Origin: Actinomycetes bacterium
GTDB lineage: Bacteria; Actinomycetota; Actinomycetes; Nanopelagicales; Nanopelagicaceae
Assembly (NCBI GenBank): GCA_037143635.1
Contig: JBAWYI010000001.1
Location: forward strand, 497-64,496
Reading direction: 5' to 3'
DNA: 64,000 nt
Shown in pieces: positions 20,644 through 29,686 of this stretch (its first letter is position 1; every line of letters begins with the position of its first letter). Under the pieces are notes generated by a model that made no database searches, was not told the DNA's origin, and saw only the letters and a list, made by a program, of their open reading frames with translations. The position numbers were made by a program, and so were the translations under genes.

Positions 20644-21896
20644 TGAAAATACTTAGTAGGTCGGATTTTCCGGCAACAAGGCAGATATTTGTTAAGGATT
20701 TAATCTCTGGTGTAACTGTTGCCATAGTGGCTTTACCGTTAGCAATTGGTTTTGGCATTACTGCTGGCATGAGTGCTGCGGCTGGAATCTCCACTGCAAT
20801 TATTGCCGGCTTTATTGCAGGTCTATTTGGTGGCTCTCGGTTTCAGGTAAGTGGACCAACTGGTGCAATGACTGTGGTTTTAATCCCAGTGATTAATAAG
20901 TTTGGTATCGCTGCAATTCCAACTCTAGGGTTGATGGCTGGCTTGATTGTGATTGCTATGTCACTTATTCGATTAGGAAGTTTGATAAATAAAGTTCCAA
21001 ATTGTGTAGTAGAGGGCTTTACAGTTGGGATTGCAATCGTTATCTCACTCCAACAACTTCCTTTTGCATTTGGTGTTATAAAAGGTGAGGGTGATCGGAC
21101 ATTAGTAGTCGCAATACATACCGTTCAAAAAGCGGTGGCAATTGGAGTACATTGGCAAACACTTCTCGTAGTTTTTATCACCTTAGCTATTAAATTTAAC
21201 ATCGTCAAAATTGTAGAATCTTTTAAGATTAGAATGTATTTTCCGGCAAGTTTTTCTGCCTTGTTATTAACAACCTTAATAGTAAAAGCTTTCGATTTTA
21301 ATGTTGCAACAATCGGAAATATACCTCGCAATGTTTCGACCTATACCTCACCGATTTTAAGTTCAGGTGAGTATTTGAGTTTAATTACTCCAGCATTATC
21401 TATTGCAGTATTAGTTGCTATTGAATCATTACTTTCAGCACGAGTTGCCGATGATATTTCAAATGTTCCAAGTGACAAAAAATTCCAACCTAATCAAGAA
21501 TTATTTGGACAGGGGTTAGCAACCACACTTGCTTCAGTTTTTGGTGGTATGCCTGCAACTGGAGCAATTGCGCGGACAAATGTGAATGTTAGGTCAGGTG
21601 CTTCTACCCGCTTAGCATCGATGATTCATTCAGTTGTCTTACTAGTAATAGTTATTTTTCTAGCACCAATATTTTCACAAATACCAAGTGCTGCTATCGC
21701 TGGTGTTTTAATCGGAACAAGCTTTAGAATCTTTAATAAGGCATCGATGCTGGAGATATTTAAATCTTCGAAAAGTAATATTTTTATCTATATTGCTACT
21801 GCAGTTGTTACCGTCAGCGTAGATCTAATTTGGGGAATTGGTTTTGGAATTGCTCTTTATTTACTAATTAATCTAGTTAAAAAGAGCAATTCCTAA
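20643..21896 (+). CDS. SulP/SLC26-family anion transporter without STAS domain
   Basis: ALPLAIGF, QVSGPTGA, IESLLSA, NQELFGQG, GGMPATGAIART; ends right after the last TM helix. Confidence 0.88.
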   Translation: MKILSRSDFPATRQIFVKDLISGVTVAIVALPLAIGFGITAGMSAAAGISTAIIAGFIAGLFGGSRFQVSGPTGAMTVVLIPVINKFGIAAIPTLGLMAGLIVIAMSLIRLGSLINKVPNCVVEGFTVGIAIVISLQQLPFAFGVIKGEGDRTLVVAIHTVQKAVAIGVHWQTLLVVFITLAIKFNIVKIVESFKIRMYFPASFSALLLTTLIVKAFDFNVATIGNIPRNVSTYTSPILSSGEYLSLITPALSIAVLVAIESLLSARVADDISNVPSDKKFQPNQELFGQGLATTLASVFGGMPATGAIARTNVNVRSGASTRLASMIHSVVLLVIVIFLAPIFSQIPSAAIAGVLIGTSFRIFNKASMLEIFKSSKSNIFIYIATAVVTVSVDLIWGIGFGIALYLLINLVKKSNS

Positions 21897-21899
21897 TTA

Positions 21900-22136
21900 T
21901 TAAAAAGTTGTAACTGGGCAGGTAAGTGTTCTAGTAATACCAGGCACTGCTTGCACTTTTGCTAAAACAGTACGGCCTAGATCTTCCATGCTTGCAGATT
22001 CAGCTCTCATAATTACATCGTAAGGACCAGTGACACCCTCGGCTATTGTTACGCCAGCTATTGCAGAGACAGCTTTAGCAACACTGGAAGCCTTACCAAC
22101 TTCAGTTTGAATAAGAATGTAAGCCTGAACAGACAT
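21900..22136 (-). CDS. Lrp/AsnC ligand-binding domain protein
   Basis: VQAYILIQTEVGK...VTGPYDVI...ITRTLTCP; divergent from thiL as in other actinobacteria. Confidence 0.9.
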   Translation of the reverse strand: MSVQAYILIQTEVGKASSVAKAVSAIAGVTIAEGVTGPYDVIMRAESASMEDLGRTVLAKVQAVPGITRTLTCPVTTF

Positions 22137-22220
22137 TTCTTGCCTTTCAATTTATAGCCTCGTGTTCAGCAATGAACCAAAGCGATATTAAAGGGTAGCC
22201 TATAGCGAGTTAATTGGGGA

Positions 22221-23156
22221 GTGCCATTGATTGAATCTGAAGCAACGCTGATCCAGCGGCTACGCGAGCTATTTCACACCGGATTACAAACAGGTGTTGA
22301 AGTAGGCATAGGGGATGATGCTGCCGTTATTTCCCCATCGAGTAGCAAATTAGTTGCAACAGTGGATATGGCAATCGAAGGTGTTCATTTTCGGCGAGAC
22401 TGGTCAACACCATTTCAAATTGGCGCAAAGTTAACTACTGCAAATCTTGCAGATATATTTGCAATGGGAGCGACCCCAAAATATCTACTTGTAGCTGCTG
22501 CAATAACAGAGGTAAATAACTTGGAGGTAGTTACTGAATTAGCGAACGGGATTAAATCTGTTGCAGATAAGTTTGAAGTTACAGTAATTGGGGGAGATTT
22601 AAGTAAGAGTGAAAAAATGAGTCTTAGTATCACAGCCCTTGGGCATTTGAATAAAAATCCAATCTTACGCAGTGGGGCAAAAGTAGGTGATCTTGTTTAT
22701 GTGTCAGCACTTCCTGGTCTTTCAGCTGCTGGCCTTGCAATTTTAAGCAGAGGTTTAGATAGACCTAGGTATGTGGTTGAAGCACATTTGAATCCAAAAC
22801 TTACTGCTCCTAAAGAACTAATAGCGGTCGCAACTTCAATGTGTGATATCAGCGATGGAATTGCGACAGATGGCTCTAATATTGCTATTGCATCTGGGGT
22901 AAATATTGATTTGAGTAAGCAACTAATATCGAATGCAGATGGATTTAAAGATTTGTTAGAGCTAGCAAATGAACTTGGCGAAGATGTCTTTGATTGGATT
23001 CTTTCTGGTGGAGAGGATCACTTCTTTTTAGCAACGGTTAATCCTAAAAATGCTAATAATGACCTAGGAATTCAAATTGGTGTTGTAAAAGAAGGCAAAA
23101 ACCAAATAACAGTTGATGGTGAAATTATTCAAAAGGCTGGGTACCAGCACTTTTAA
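22221..23156 (+). CDS. thiL: Thiamine-monophosphate kinase
   Basis: GIGDDAA, EGVHF, NLADIFAMG, GGD, DISDG, GGED, GYQHF. Confidence 0.95.
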   Translation: MPLIESEATLIQRLRELFHTGLQTGVEVGIGDDAAVISPSSSKLVATVDMAIEGVHFRRDWSTPFQIGAKLTTANLADIFAMGATPKYLLVAAAITEVNNLEVVTELANGIKSVADKFEVTVIGGDLSKSEKMSLSITALGHLNKNPILRSGAKVGDLVYVSALPGLSAAGLAILSRGLDRPRYVVEAHLNPKLTAPKELIAVATSMCDISDGIATDGSNIAIASGVNIDLSKQLISNADGFKDLLELANELGEDVFDWILSGGEDHFFLATVNPKNANNDLGIQIGVVKEGKNQITVDGEIIQKAGYQHF

Positions 23157-23342
23157 TTAACGAACTGCTTTACCTGCCTTAAGGCATGAGGCACAAACAT
23201 TCTTGCGCTTAGTTTGTCCGTTAATAATTGTGCGAATTCTTTGAATATTTGGATTCCAACGACGGCGGGTAGCACGCTTTGAGTGGGAGACATTGTTGCC
23301 AAAGCTTGGTGCTTTTCCACATAGATCGCATACTGAAGACAC
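23157..23342 (-). CDS. rpmB: 50S ribosomal protein L28 (zinc-binding form)
   Basis: CDLCGK..FGNNVSHS..TRRRWNPNIQ..VCASCLKAG. Confidence 0.96.
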   Translation of the reverse strand: MSSVCDLCGKAPSFGNNVSHSKRATRRRWNPNIQRIRTIINGQTKRKNVCASCLKAGKAVR

Positions 23343-23468
23343 TTTAAAACTCCCTTTATTTCGCTGGTTTCTTATTTAGAGGCGAAAGATTACCTCGCAA
23401 AGGTATTAAATGGCTAATCCGGTGGGTAATTACGCGCAGTTGGCTAGTTGGTCTTGGATACTTCCACC

Positions 23469-25655
23469 ATGGCCTCCCTCTCTACCCGATTAACAAATAT
23501 CGTCGGCGATCGCACTGCGCAGGTATTAGAAAAGTCATTTGGAATCACAACCGTCAATGAACTGCTTAGACATTATCCACGTAGGTATGTGGTTAGAGGT
23601 GAGTTAACTGATATTTCAACATTATTAGCCGATGATGAAGTAACTATCTTGGCCGAGATTCAAGCAGTTAATTTAAGGCGAGCTAATGGCAAGAATATTC
23701 TTGAGGTAGTAGTTACAGATGGAAGTGCAAAATTATCATTAACTTTCTTTAACCAAGCCTGGCGTGAGAAAGATCTAAAAGTTGGTCGGGTTGGGCTTTT
23801 TGCGGGCAAAGTTGGAGTTTTTAAAGGCAAACGTCAGTTATCGCATCCTGATTATCAATTAATTCCAGATGGAAATGATGTTGATGCAGCAGTTGCCGAA
23901 TTTGCTGGAAAGTTTTTACCGGTATATCCGGCTACGGCAAAGTTACCTTCTTGGAAAGTAATGCAGTGTGTGAATTTAGCGCTTAACTCAATGGATGATT
24001 TGCCAGATTATCTTCCAGTTGAGATAGCACAGGAGTTTAAATATCCAAGTTTAGAAAAAGCTTTTCATGATATTCATCAACCACCAGATTTAGATTCAGC
24101 TGAAAGTGCCAGGCAGCGGCTTACATTTGATGAGGCACTATTGTTGCAATTACTACTTGGTCAGCGACGAAATGAAATTCTTAAGCTAAGTACTAAATCA
24201 CGCACCCCTAATACACCGGTCTTAGTTGCAGCCTTTGAAGCTAAATTGCCCTTTAAGTACACATCTGGTCAAATTGAGGTAAATGCGGAGATTGAAAAGG
24301 ATTTATCAAATAAATACCCAATGCACAGGCTTTTACAAGGCGAGGTAGGTTCTGGAAAAACTGTAGTAGCCCTTCGAGCAATGTTATCTGTAGTTGATTC
24401 ATCTGGTCAGGCAGCACTGCTTGCACCTACTGAGGTTTTAGCACAGCAACATTATCGAACAATTACAAAACTTCTTGGTGAATTAGCCCAAGCAGGTACG
24501 TTGCAAGCCGGTGCGATCGGTACACAAGTTGAATTATTAACTGGCTCATTATCTGCTGCTGCTAAAAAAGAGATTCACGCAAAGCTTGCAAGCGGACAAA
24601 CTGGAATTGTTATCGGTACCCATGCACTTATATCTGATGGTGTTACCTTCAATGATCTTGGATTAGTAATTGTTGATGAGCAACATAGATTTGGCGTTGA
24701 GCAACGAGATGCGCTGCGCATGAAGGCAAAGCAGCCACCTCACCTACTTGTAATGACTGCAACACCAATTCCTCGGACCGTTGCCATGACAGTCTTTGGT
24801 GATTTAGATATTTCAACTTTACGTGAATTACCAGGTGGTCGAGTTGCGATCACAACTCATTTAATTCCAGTACTTGAAAAACCTCATTTTTTAAATAGAG
24901 CATGGGAGCGAGTTAAGGAAGAGGCAGCTAAAGGACATCAGATTTATATTGTTGCCCCTCGGATTATTAATCCCAATAAAAAGCTAACCGAACGAGAAAT
25001 TGCCGCCGCTCAGTTATTAGGTGAGGAATTATTAGACAACGAAGAAATGACTGCAGTTGAGGAGTTAGCACCACAACTAGCAACTGGTGCGCTTAAAGGA
25101 TTAAAAATTGCTGTCTTGCATGGAAGGCTTTCAAGTGAGGTTAAAGAACAGACCATGAGTGCATTTGCTCGTGGTGAGATCCAAGTATTAGTTGCCACAA
25201 CTGTAATTGAGGTTGGCGTTGATGTTCCAAACGCATCAATGATGGTAATTATGGATGCTGACCGATTTGGCGTTTCTCAACTTCACCAACTTCGTGGTCG
25301 AGTTGGTCGTGGCAGTGTTCCAGGTCTTTGTCTATTAGTAAGTAATGCGCAAGAGGATTCACAAAGTATGAACCGCCTTAGTTCTGTCGCTGCAACATTG
25401 GATGGGTTTGAATTAGCCAGAATTGATCTAGAGCAGCGAAAAGAGGGTGATGTACTGGGCCGATCTCAATCTGGTGGCAGATCACATCTAAGATTACTTC
25501 GAGTTTTGCGAGATGAAGATTTAATTCAAAGAGCTAGAGAGGTTGCACTTAAAATTTTAGCAATCAATTCAAATCTAGATCACTTACCAGAGTTAAAAAA
25601 TGAGGTTGCAAAATTACAAAGTGATGAAGCTGCAAGATTTATGGATAAATCATGA
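23469..25655 (+). CDS. recG: ATP-dependent DNA helicase RecG
   Basis: RLLQGEVGSGKT, DEQHRFG, MTATPIPRT, QLRGRVGRG; ATG at 23469. Confidence 0.97.
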   Translation: MASLSTRLTNIVGDRTAQVLEKSFGITTVNELLRHYPRRYVVRGELTDISTLLADDEVTILAEIQAVNLRRANGKNILEVVVTDGSAKLSLTFFNQAWREKDLKVGRVGLFAGKVGVFKGKRQLSHPDYQLIPDGNDVDAAVAEFAGKFLPVYPATAKLPSWKVMQCVNLALNSMDDLPDYLPVEIAQEFKYPSLEKAFHDIHQPPDLDSAESARQRLTFDEALLLQLLLGQRRNEILKLSTKSRTPNTPVLVAAFEAKLPFKYTSGQIEVNAEIEKDLSNKYPMHRLLQGEVGSGKTVVALRAMLSVVDSSGQAALLAPTEVLAQQHYRTITKLLGELAQAGTLQAGAIGTQVELLTGSLSAAAKKEIHAKLASGQTGIVIGTHALISDGVTFNDLGLVIVDEQHRFGVEQRDALRMKAKQPPHLLVMTATPIPRTVAMTVFGDLDISTLRELPGGRVAITTHLIPVLEKPHFLNRAWERVKEEAAKGHQIYIVAPRIINPNKKLTEREIAAAQLLGEELLDNEEMTAVEELAPQLATGALKGLKIAVLHGRLSSEVKEQTMSAFARGEIQVLVATTVIEVGVDVPNASMMVIMDADRFGVSQLHQLRGRVGRGSVPGLCLLVSNAQEDSQSMNRLSSVAATLDGFELARIDLEQRKEGDVLGRSQSGGRSHLRLLRVLRDEDLIQRAREVALKILAINSNLDHLPELKNEVAKLQSDEAARFMDKS

Positions 25656-26236
25656 GTATGCGAATTATTGCCGGTATCGGTAAGGGAAGAAAATTATTTT
25701 CTCCTCCCTCAATTACCAGGCCAACCTCTGATCGTGCCCGGGAAGGATTATTTTCATCATTGATTTCAACATTTACTTCATTAGAGGGACTGCATTTCTT
25801 AGATCTCTTTGCTGGTTCTGGTGCAGTTGGAGTAGAGGCACTCTCACGTGGTGCTGCTTTGGTAGAGGCGGTGGAAAGCAATTCAGTTAGCGCAGATGTT
25901 TGTAAACAAAATTTCGAATTGCTAAATAATCAGCCTGAAGTCGGCAAATTTAAAGTTCATTGTAAAACTACCTTTGAATTCTTAAACCATACCGCTAGTG
26001 AACCTTATGAAATTATTTACATAGATCCACCATATGAGGTAGCAAATTCGGAAATTGAGAAAATACTGAAAAAAATACTTACTTTAAATTTGTTAAATAA
26101 ACATGGAGTAGTTGCAATTGAGCGAGATGGAAAAGTTAAATCATTTATCTGGCCTGATGGATTTACTGAGGTGAAGGTTCGCTCATATGGTGCCGGCAGT
26201 ATTCACTATGGCGCGCTAACTGAGCGCACAGCGTGA
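25652..26236 (+). CDS. rsmD: 16S rRNA m2G966 methyltransferase
   Basis: TRPTSDRARE, LDLFAGSG, DPPY. Confidence 0.95.
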   Translation: MSMRIIAGIGKGRKLFSPPSITRPTSDRAREGLFSSLISTFTSLEGLHFLDLFAGSGAVGVEALSRGAALVEAVESNSVSADVCKQNFELLNNQPEVGKFKVHCKTTFEFLNHTASEPYEIIYIDPPYEVANSEIEKILKKILTLNLLNKHGVVAIERDGKVKSFIWPDGFTEVKVRSYGAGSIHYGALTERTA

Positions 26237-26279
26237 GAGAAAATGGCTAACTTAGCAATTAGTTGCTAGCGTTTTAACC

Positions 26280-26762
26280 ATGAGACGTGTTGTTTGTCCT
26301 GGATCTTTTGATCCAATCACCAATGGGCACCTAGATATTATCGCTAGGGCCTGTACATTATTTGATGAGGTGGTAATTGCTGTTTTAGTTAATCAAACAA
26401 AGAGCTCTTTATTTACCGTCGAAGAGCGAATTGAAATGATCAAAGAGGTAACTACTCGGTATAAGAATGTCACGGTAGATTCTTGGTCTGGCTTACTTGT
26501 TGATTACTGCAGAGCGAATAAAATTCCAACAATTGTTAAAGGATTGCGGGCAGTCAGCGATTTTGATTATGAGCTTCAAATGAGCCAGGTAAATCTTCAA
26601 CTACAAGGGGTTGAGACACTCTTTATGTCCACCGCCCCATCACATTCATTTTTGTCTTCTTCTCTAGTTAAAGAGATTGCAAGTTATGGTGGGGATGTAT
26701 CGGCATATATGCCCGCTGCGATCGTTGATAAGTTAAAATCTAGACTTGACCGGAAGGAATAG
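26280..26762 (+). CDS. coaD: Phosphopantetheine adenylyltransferase
   Basis: PGSFDPITNGH, KGLRAVSDFDYE, SSSLVKE. Confidence 0.97.
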   Translation: MRRVVCPGSFDPITNGHLDIIARACTLFDEVVIAVLVNQTKSSLFTVEERIEMIKEVTTRYKNVTVDSWSGLLVDYCRANKIPTIVKGLRAVSDFDYELQMSQVNLQLQGVETLFMSTAPSHSFLSSSLVKEIASYGGDVSAYMPAAIVDKLKSRLDRKE

Positions 26763-26764
26763 CG

Positions 26765-27241
26765 ATGGATGTAGTTGAGAGTTTAGAATCAGCAATTGCT
26801 GCTGTTGAGGAAGCTCGTTCTGTTCCACTTTCGGCTTCCTGCGTTATAAATCGAAGTGAGATGCTGCAGTTATTAGATCGAATAAAAGTTTCTTTTCCAA
26901 ACGATCTAGCAAAGGCAATATCTATTCAACGTGAAAAAGAAGATATTTTAGAGGATGCGCATGAACAAGCAGATGCAATTATTGCTCAAGCACGGGATGA
27001 AGTAGCAAGACTGGTAGAACAAACCACAATTGTTTCATCTGCCCGTAAAGAGGCAACTCGTATTTTGGCTGATGCTAATGCTGATAGCAAGAAGGATCGA
27101 GAAGAGATTGAGGCATATATTGACTCAAGACTTGCAACTTTAGAGGTTATTCTAAATAAGACTCTAGATGTTATTAGTAAAGGCCGAGATCAATTAGGTG
27201 GAGCTGATACAAAACACGCACTCTCTACTTTAAATAAGTAG
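26765..27241 (+). CDS. Coiled-coil DivIVA/SepIVA-like protein
   Basis: EEARSVPLSASCVINR N-terminus and long helix; conserved slot between coaD and yceD. Confidence 0.75.
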   Translation: MDVVESLESAIAAVEEARSVPLSASCVINRSEMLQLLDRIKVSFPNDLAKAISIQREKEDILEDAHEQADAIIAQARDEVARLVEQTTIVSSARKEATRILADANADSKKDREEIEAYIDSRLATLEVILNKTLDVISKGRDQLGGADTKHALSTLNK

Positions 27242-27244
27242 TTC

Positions 27245-27826
27245 ATGGCTCGTTCAATATTTATCTTCAATACCCATGATCTGCCACACCGCGCTGGTGA
27301 GATGCGTGAGTACGAGCTTGATCTAAAGATTACTGAAGCGGTAGGTGTTGATTTACTTTCAGTAAAGCCTGGTGAGGTAATTGAGCTAGAGCTTAGAATC
27401 CAATCTGTCGATGAAGGCGTGCTTGCAACTGGGCAGGTAGTAGCAACTGCTACCGGTGAGTGCACCAGGTGTCTTGAACCGATCCAGTGGCCAATTAATG
27501 AGAGCTTTACTGAGCTTTACTACTACGAGAGCGCCGCTAGTAAAAGTGGGGGAAAGAAAAAAGGTAAAGAGAGATCTCGCAAAGAAGAGGAAATTGATTT
27601 AGAAGAAGATGATTTAAGTTTTATGGTTGGCGATGAGATTGATTTAGAACTTGCTATCAGAGATGCAGTTATTTTGAATTTGGATATTAATCCGCTCTGT
27701 ACTGAAGATTGTGCAGGTCTATGCCCGGGATGTGGTGAGAAATGGATCAATCTGCCAGTAGATCACGCCCACACCCCAGATGACCCGAGATGGTCAGCCC
27801 TGAAGGATTTTCCGCTTAAAAGCTAA
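27245..27826 (+). CDS. yceD: YceD/DUF177 family protein
   Basis: CTRCL, PLCTEDCAGLCPGCG, DPRWSAL. Confidence 0.92.
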   Translation: MARSIFIFNTHDLPHRAGEMREYELDLKITEAVGVDLLSVKPGEVIELELRIQSVDEGVLATGQVVATATGECTRCLEPIQWPINESFTELYYYESAASKSGGKKKGKERSRKEEEIDLEEDDLSFMVGDEIDLELAIRDAVILNLDINPLCTEDCAGLCPGCGEKWINLPVDHAHTPDDPRWSALKDFPLKS

Positions 27827-27901
27827 GCCGTTTTTACAACTACGAACTTTTCGTAGATAATTCTCACCTGCACAAAGTGCATTCATAAAGGAGTAAAAAC
27901 C

Positions 27902-28075
27902 ATGCCAGTACCAAAGCGAAAAATGTCGCGAGCACGCACTCGCTCTCGTCGCAGCATGTGGAAGACAACTCCAGCACACCTTGCAACATGTGAACAATGT
28001 CAGCAACCTAAATTGCAACACACTGCATGTCCTACCTGTGGAACTTATAACCGTCGCCAGGTTTTAGAGGTCTGA
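27902..28075 (+). CDS. rpmF: 50S ribosomal protein L32 (57 aa, absent from the ORF track)
   Basis: Hand translation MPVPKRKMSRARTRSRR...CEQC...HTACPTCGTYNRRQVLEV; SD AAGGAG upstream. Confidence 0.96.
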   Translation: MPVPKRKMSRARTRSRRSMWKTTPAHLATCEQCQQPKLQHTACPTCGTYNRRQVLEV

Positions 28076-28076
28076 T

Positions 28077-28763
28077 CTGTACTCTGGCCTAACCGAGCAA
28101 CTCGGAATTTCGGTTAAGGATGAGTTGCTTGAACTTGCACTAACTCACCGCTCTTTTTCTTATGAAGCTGGTGGAATCCCAACAAATGAGCGCTTAGAGT
28201 TTTTAGGTGATTCAGTTCTTGGATTAATTGTTACTGACGAGCTTTATAAAAAGTTTCCAGATTTAGATGAAAGTAGATTAAGTCCACTGCGCTCTGGGGT
28301 TGTAAACATGAGAGCACTTGCCCAAATTGCCCGTGATCTTAAATTAGGTGAGTTTCTTCGAATTGGTAAGGGAGAAGAAAGCACTAACGGTAGAGATAAG
28401 AATTCAATTCTGGCAGATTCATTAGAAGCATTAGTTGGTGCAATTTATCTAGAACATGGTTACACAAAAAGTGCACAAATTGTTTTAAAGTGGATAGCAC
28501 CAGCAATTGCTAATGCGACTACACAAGGTGCTGGCCTTGATGGCAAAACGGCACTACAAGAACTTGCTGCGACTTTAAATCTTTCTGCACCCGAGTATGA
28601 AATAACCGAGTCTGGGCCAGACCATGACAAAAGTTTTGTTGCTGCGGCGATCTTAAGTGGTGAAAAATTTCCAACTGGACATGGAAAAAGTAAGCGAGAG
28701 GCTGAGCAAGCGGCAGCAAAAATTGCTCATGAACTTTTAAGCATTAGAAGTAATAAAAAGTAG
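28077..28763 (+). CDS. rnc: Ribonuclease III (start proposed at CTG 28077; ORF track uses TTG 28125)
   Basis: ALTHRS, NERLEFLGDSVLG, dsRBD GPDHDK; upstream in-frame LTEQLGISVKDELL resembles RNase III helix 1. Confidence 0.93.
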   Translation: MYSGLTEQLGISVKDELLELALTHRSFSYEAGGIPTNERLEFLGDSVLGLIVTDELYKKFPDLDESRLSPLRSGVVNMRALAQIARDLKLGEFLRIGKGEESTNGRDKNSILADSLEALVGAIYLEHGYTKSAQIVLKWIAPAIANATTQGAGLDGKTALQELAATLNLSAPEYEITESGPDHDKSFVAAAILSGEKFPTGHGKSKREAEQAAAKIAHELLSIRSNKK

Positions 28764-28779
28764 TAAATTCTAAAAAGTA

Positions 28780-29622
28780 ATGCCAGAGTTACCAGAGGTT
28801 GAAACCGTCCGTGCTGGACTAGAAAGCTATGTAATTGGCAGAAAAATAACTGAAGCAAGTAGCTTTCACTCACGGGCAATTAAACCTGACTCAATCGCAC
28901 CTCTTTCAGCTCTTGTTGGAGCGAAAATTAAGTCGGTAAACCGACGGGGTAAATTTCTTTGGCTCGGACTCGATCGAGATTTCACCTTAGCTGCCCACCT
29001 TGGAATGAGCGGTCAATTACTTGTTCAACCTAGCAACTACCCAGCCCAAACACACCTAAGAGCAAAGTTAAGTATTAGTAGCCTGAAATTTAGCAAGGGG
29101 AAAGCAGATGAGATTAGATTTATTGATCAACGGACATTTGGTTGGTTGTCAGTAGAGGAACTAAATAATGGTGTGCCAACTTCAGCCTGCCATATTGCAT
29201 ATGATCCATTTGAACCAGAATTTAACCCTAAGCAAGTAGTTGCAAAAATTAAGGCGAAAAGAACTTCAATTAAAACCGCAATTCTAAATCAAGAGGTCAT
29301 AAGTGGTATTGGAAATATATATGCAGATGAGTCACTTTGGCGGGCAAAGATACATCCGGAGATTATTTGTGAAGATTTATCTGATGGAGAGATAAGAAAA
29401 GTAATTTCGTCAGCAGTTTCGGTCATGAAATCTGCAATTAAAGCCGGCGGCACATCCTTTGATGAGCAGTATAAAAATGTAAATGGTGAGAGTGGTTACT
29501 TTTCTAGGTCTCTGAGCGTTTATGGGCGCCAAGGTGAGCCATGTTCCAGGTGCCGCACACCAATTGCCAGAATCGCCTTTGCTAATCGCTCCTCCCATTT
29601 TTGCCCGCGTTGCCAACGTTAG
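28780..29622 (+). CDS. mutM: Formamidopyrimidine-DNA glycosylase
   Basis: MPELPEVE, HLGMSG, GIGNIYADE, CxxC...FCPRCQ zinc finger. Confidence 0.97.
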   Translation: MPELPEVETVRAGLESYVIGRKITEASSFHSRAIKPDSIAPLSALVGAKIKSVNRRGKFLWLGLDRDFTLAAHLGMSGQLLVQPSNYPAQTHLRAKLSISSLKFSKGKADEIRFIDQRTFGWLSVEELNNGVPTSACHIAYDPFEPEFNPKQVVAKIKAKRTSIKTAILNQEVISGIGNIYADESLWRAKIHPEIICEDLSDGEIRKVISSAVSVMKSAIKAGGTSFDEQYKNVNGESGYFSRSLSVYGRQGEPCSRCRTPIARIAFANRSSHFCPRCQR

Positions 29623-29686
29623 GTAGCACCGATTTCAACCCATTTTTAGATAGGTTTGCGCCTATGTACAGTGATTGGGCGAAGCT

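Noticed and set aside
27794-28021. 75-aa minus-strand Cys-rich ORF
   Set aside because: Antisense to the real rpmF gene at 27902-28075
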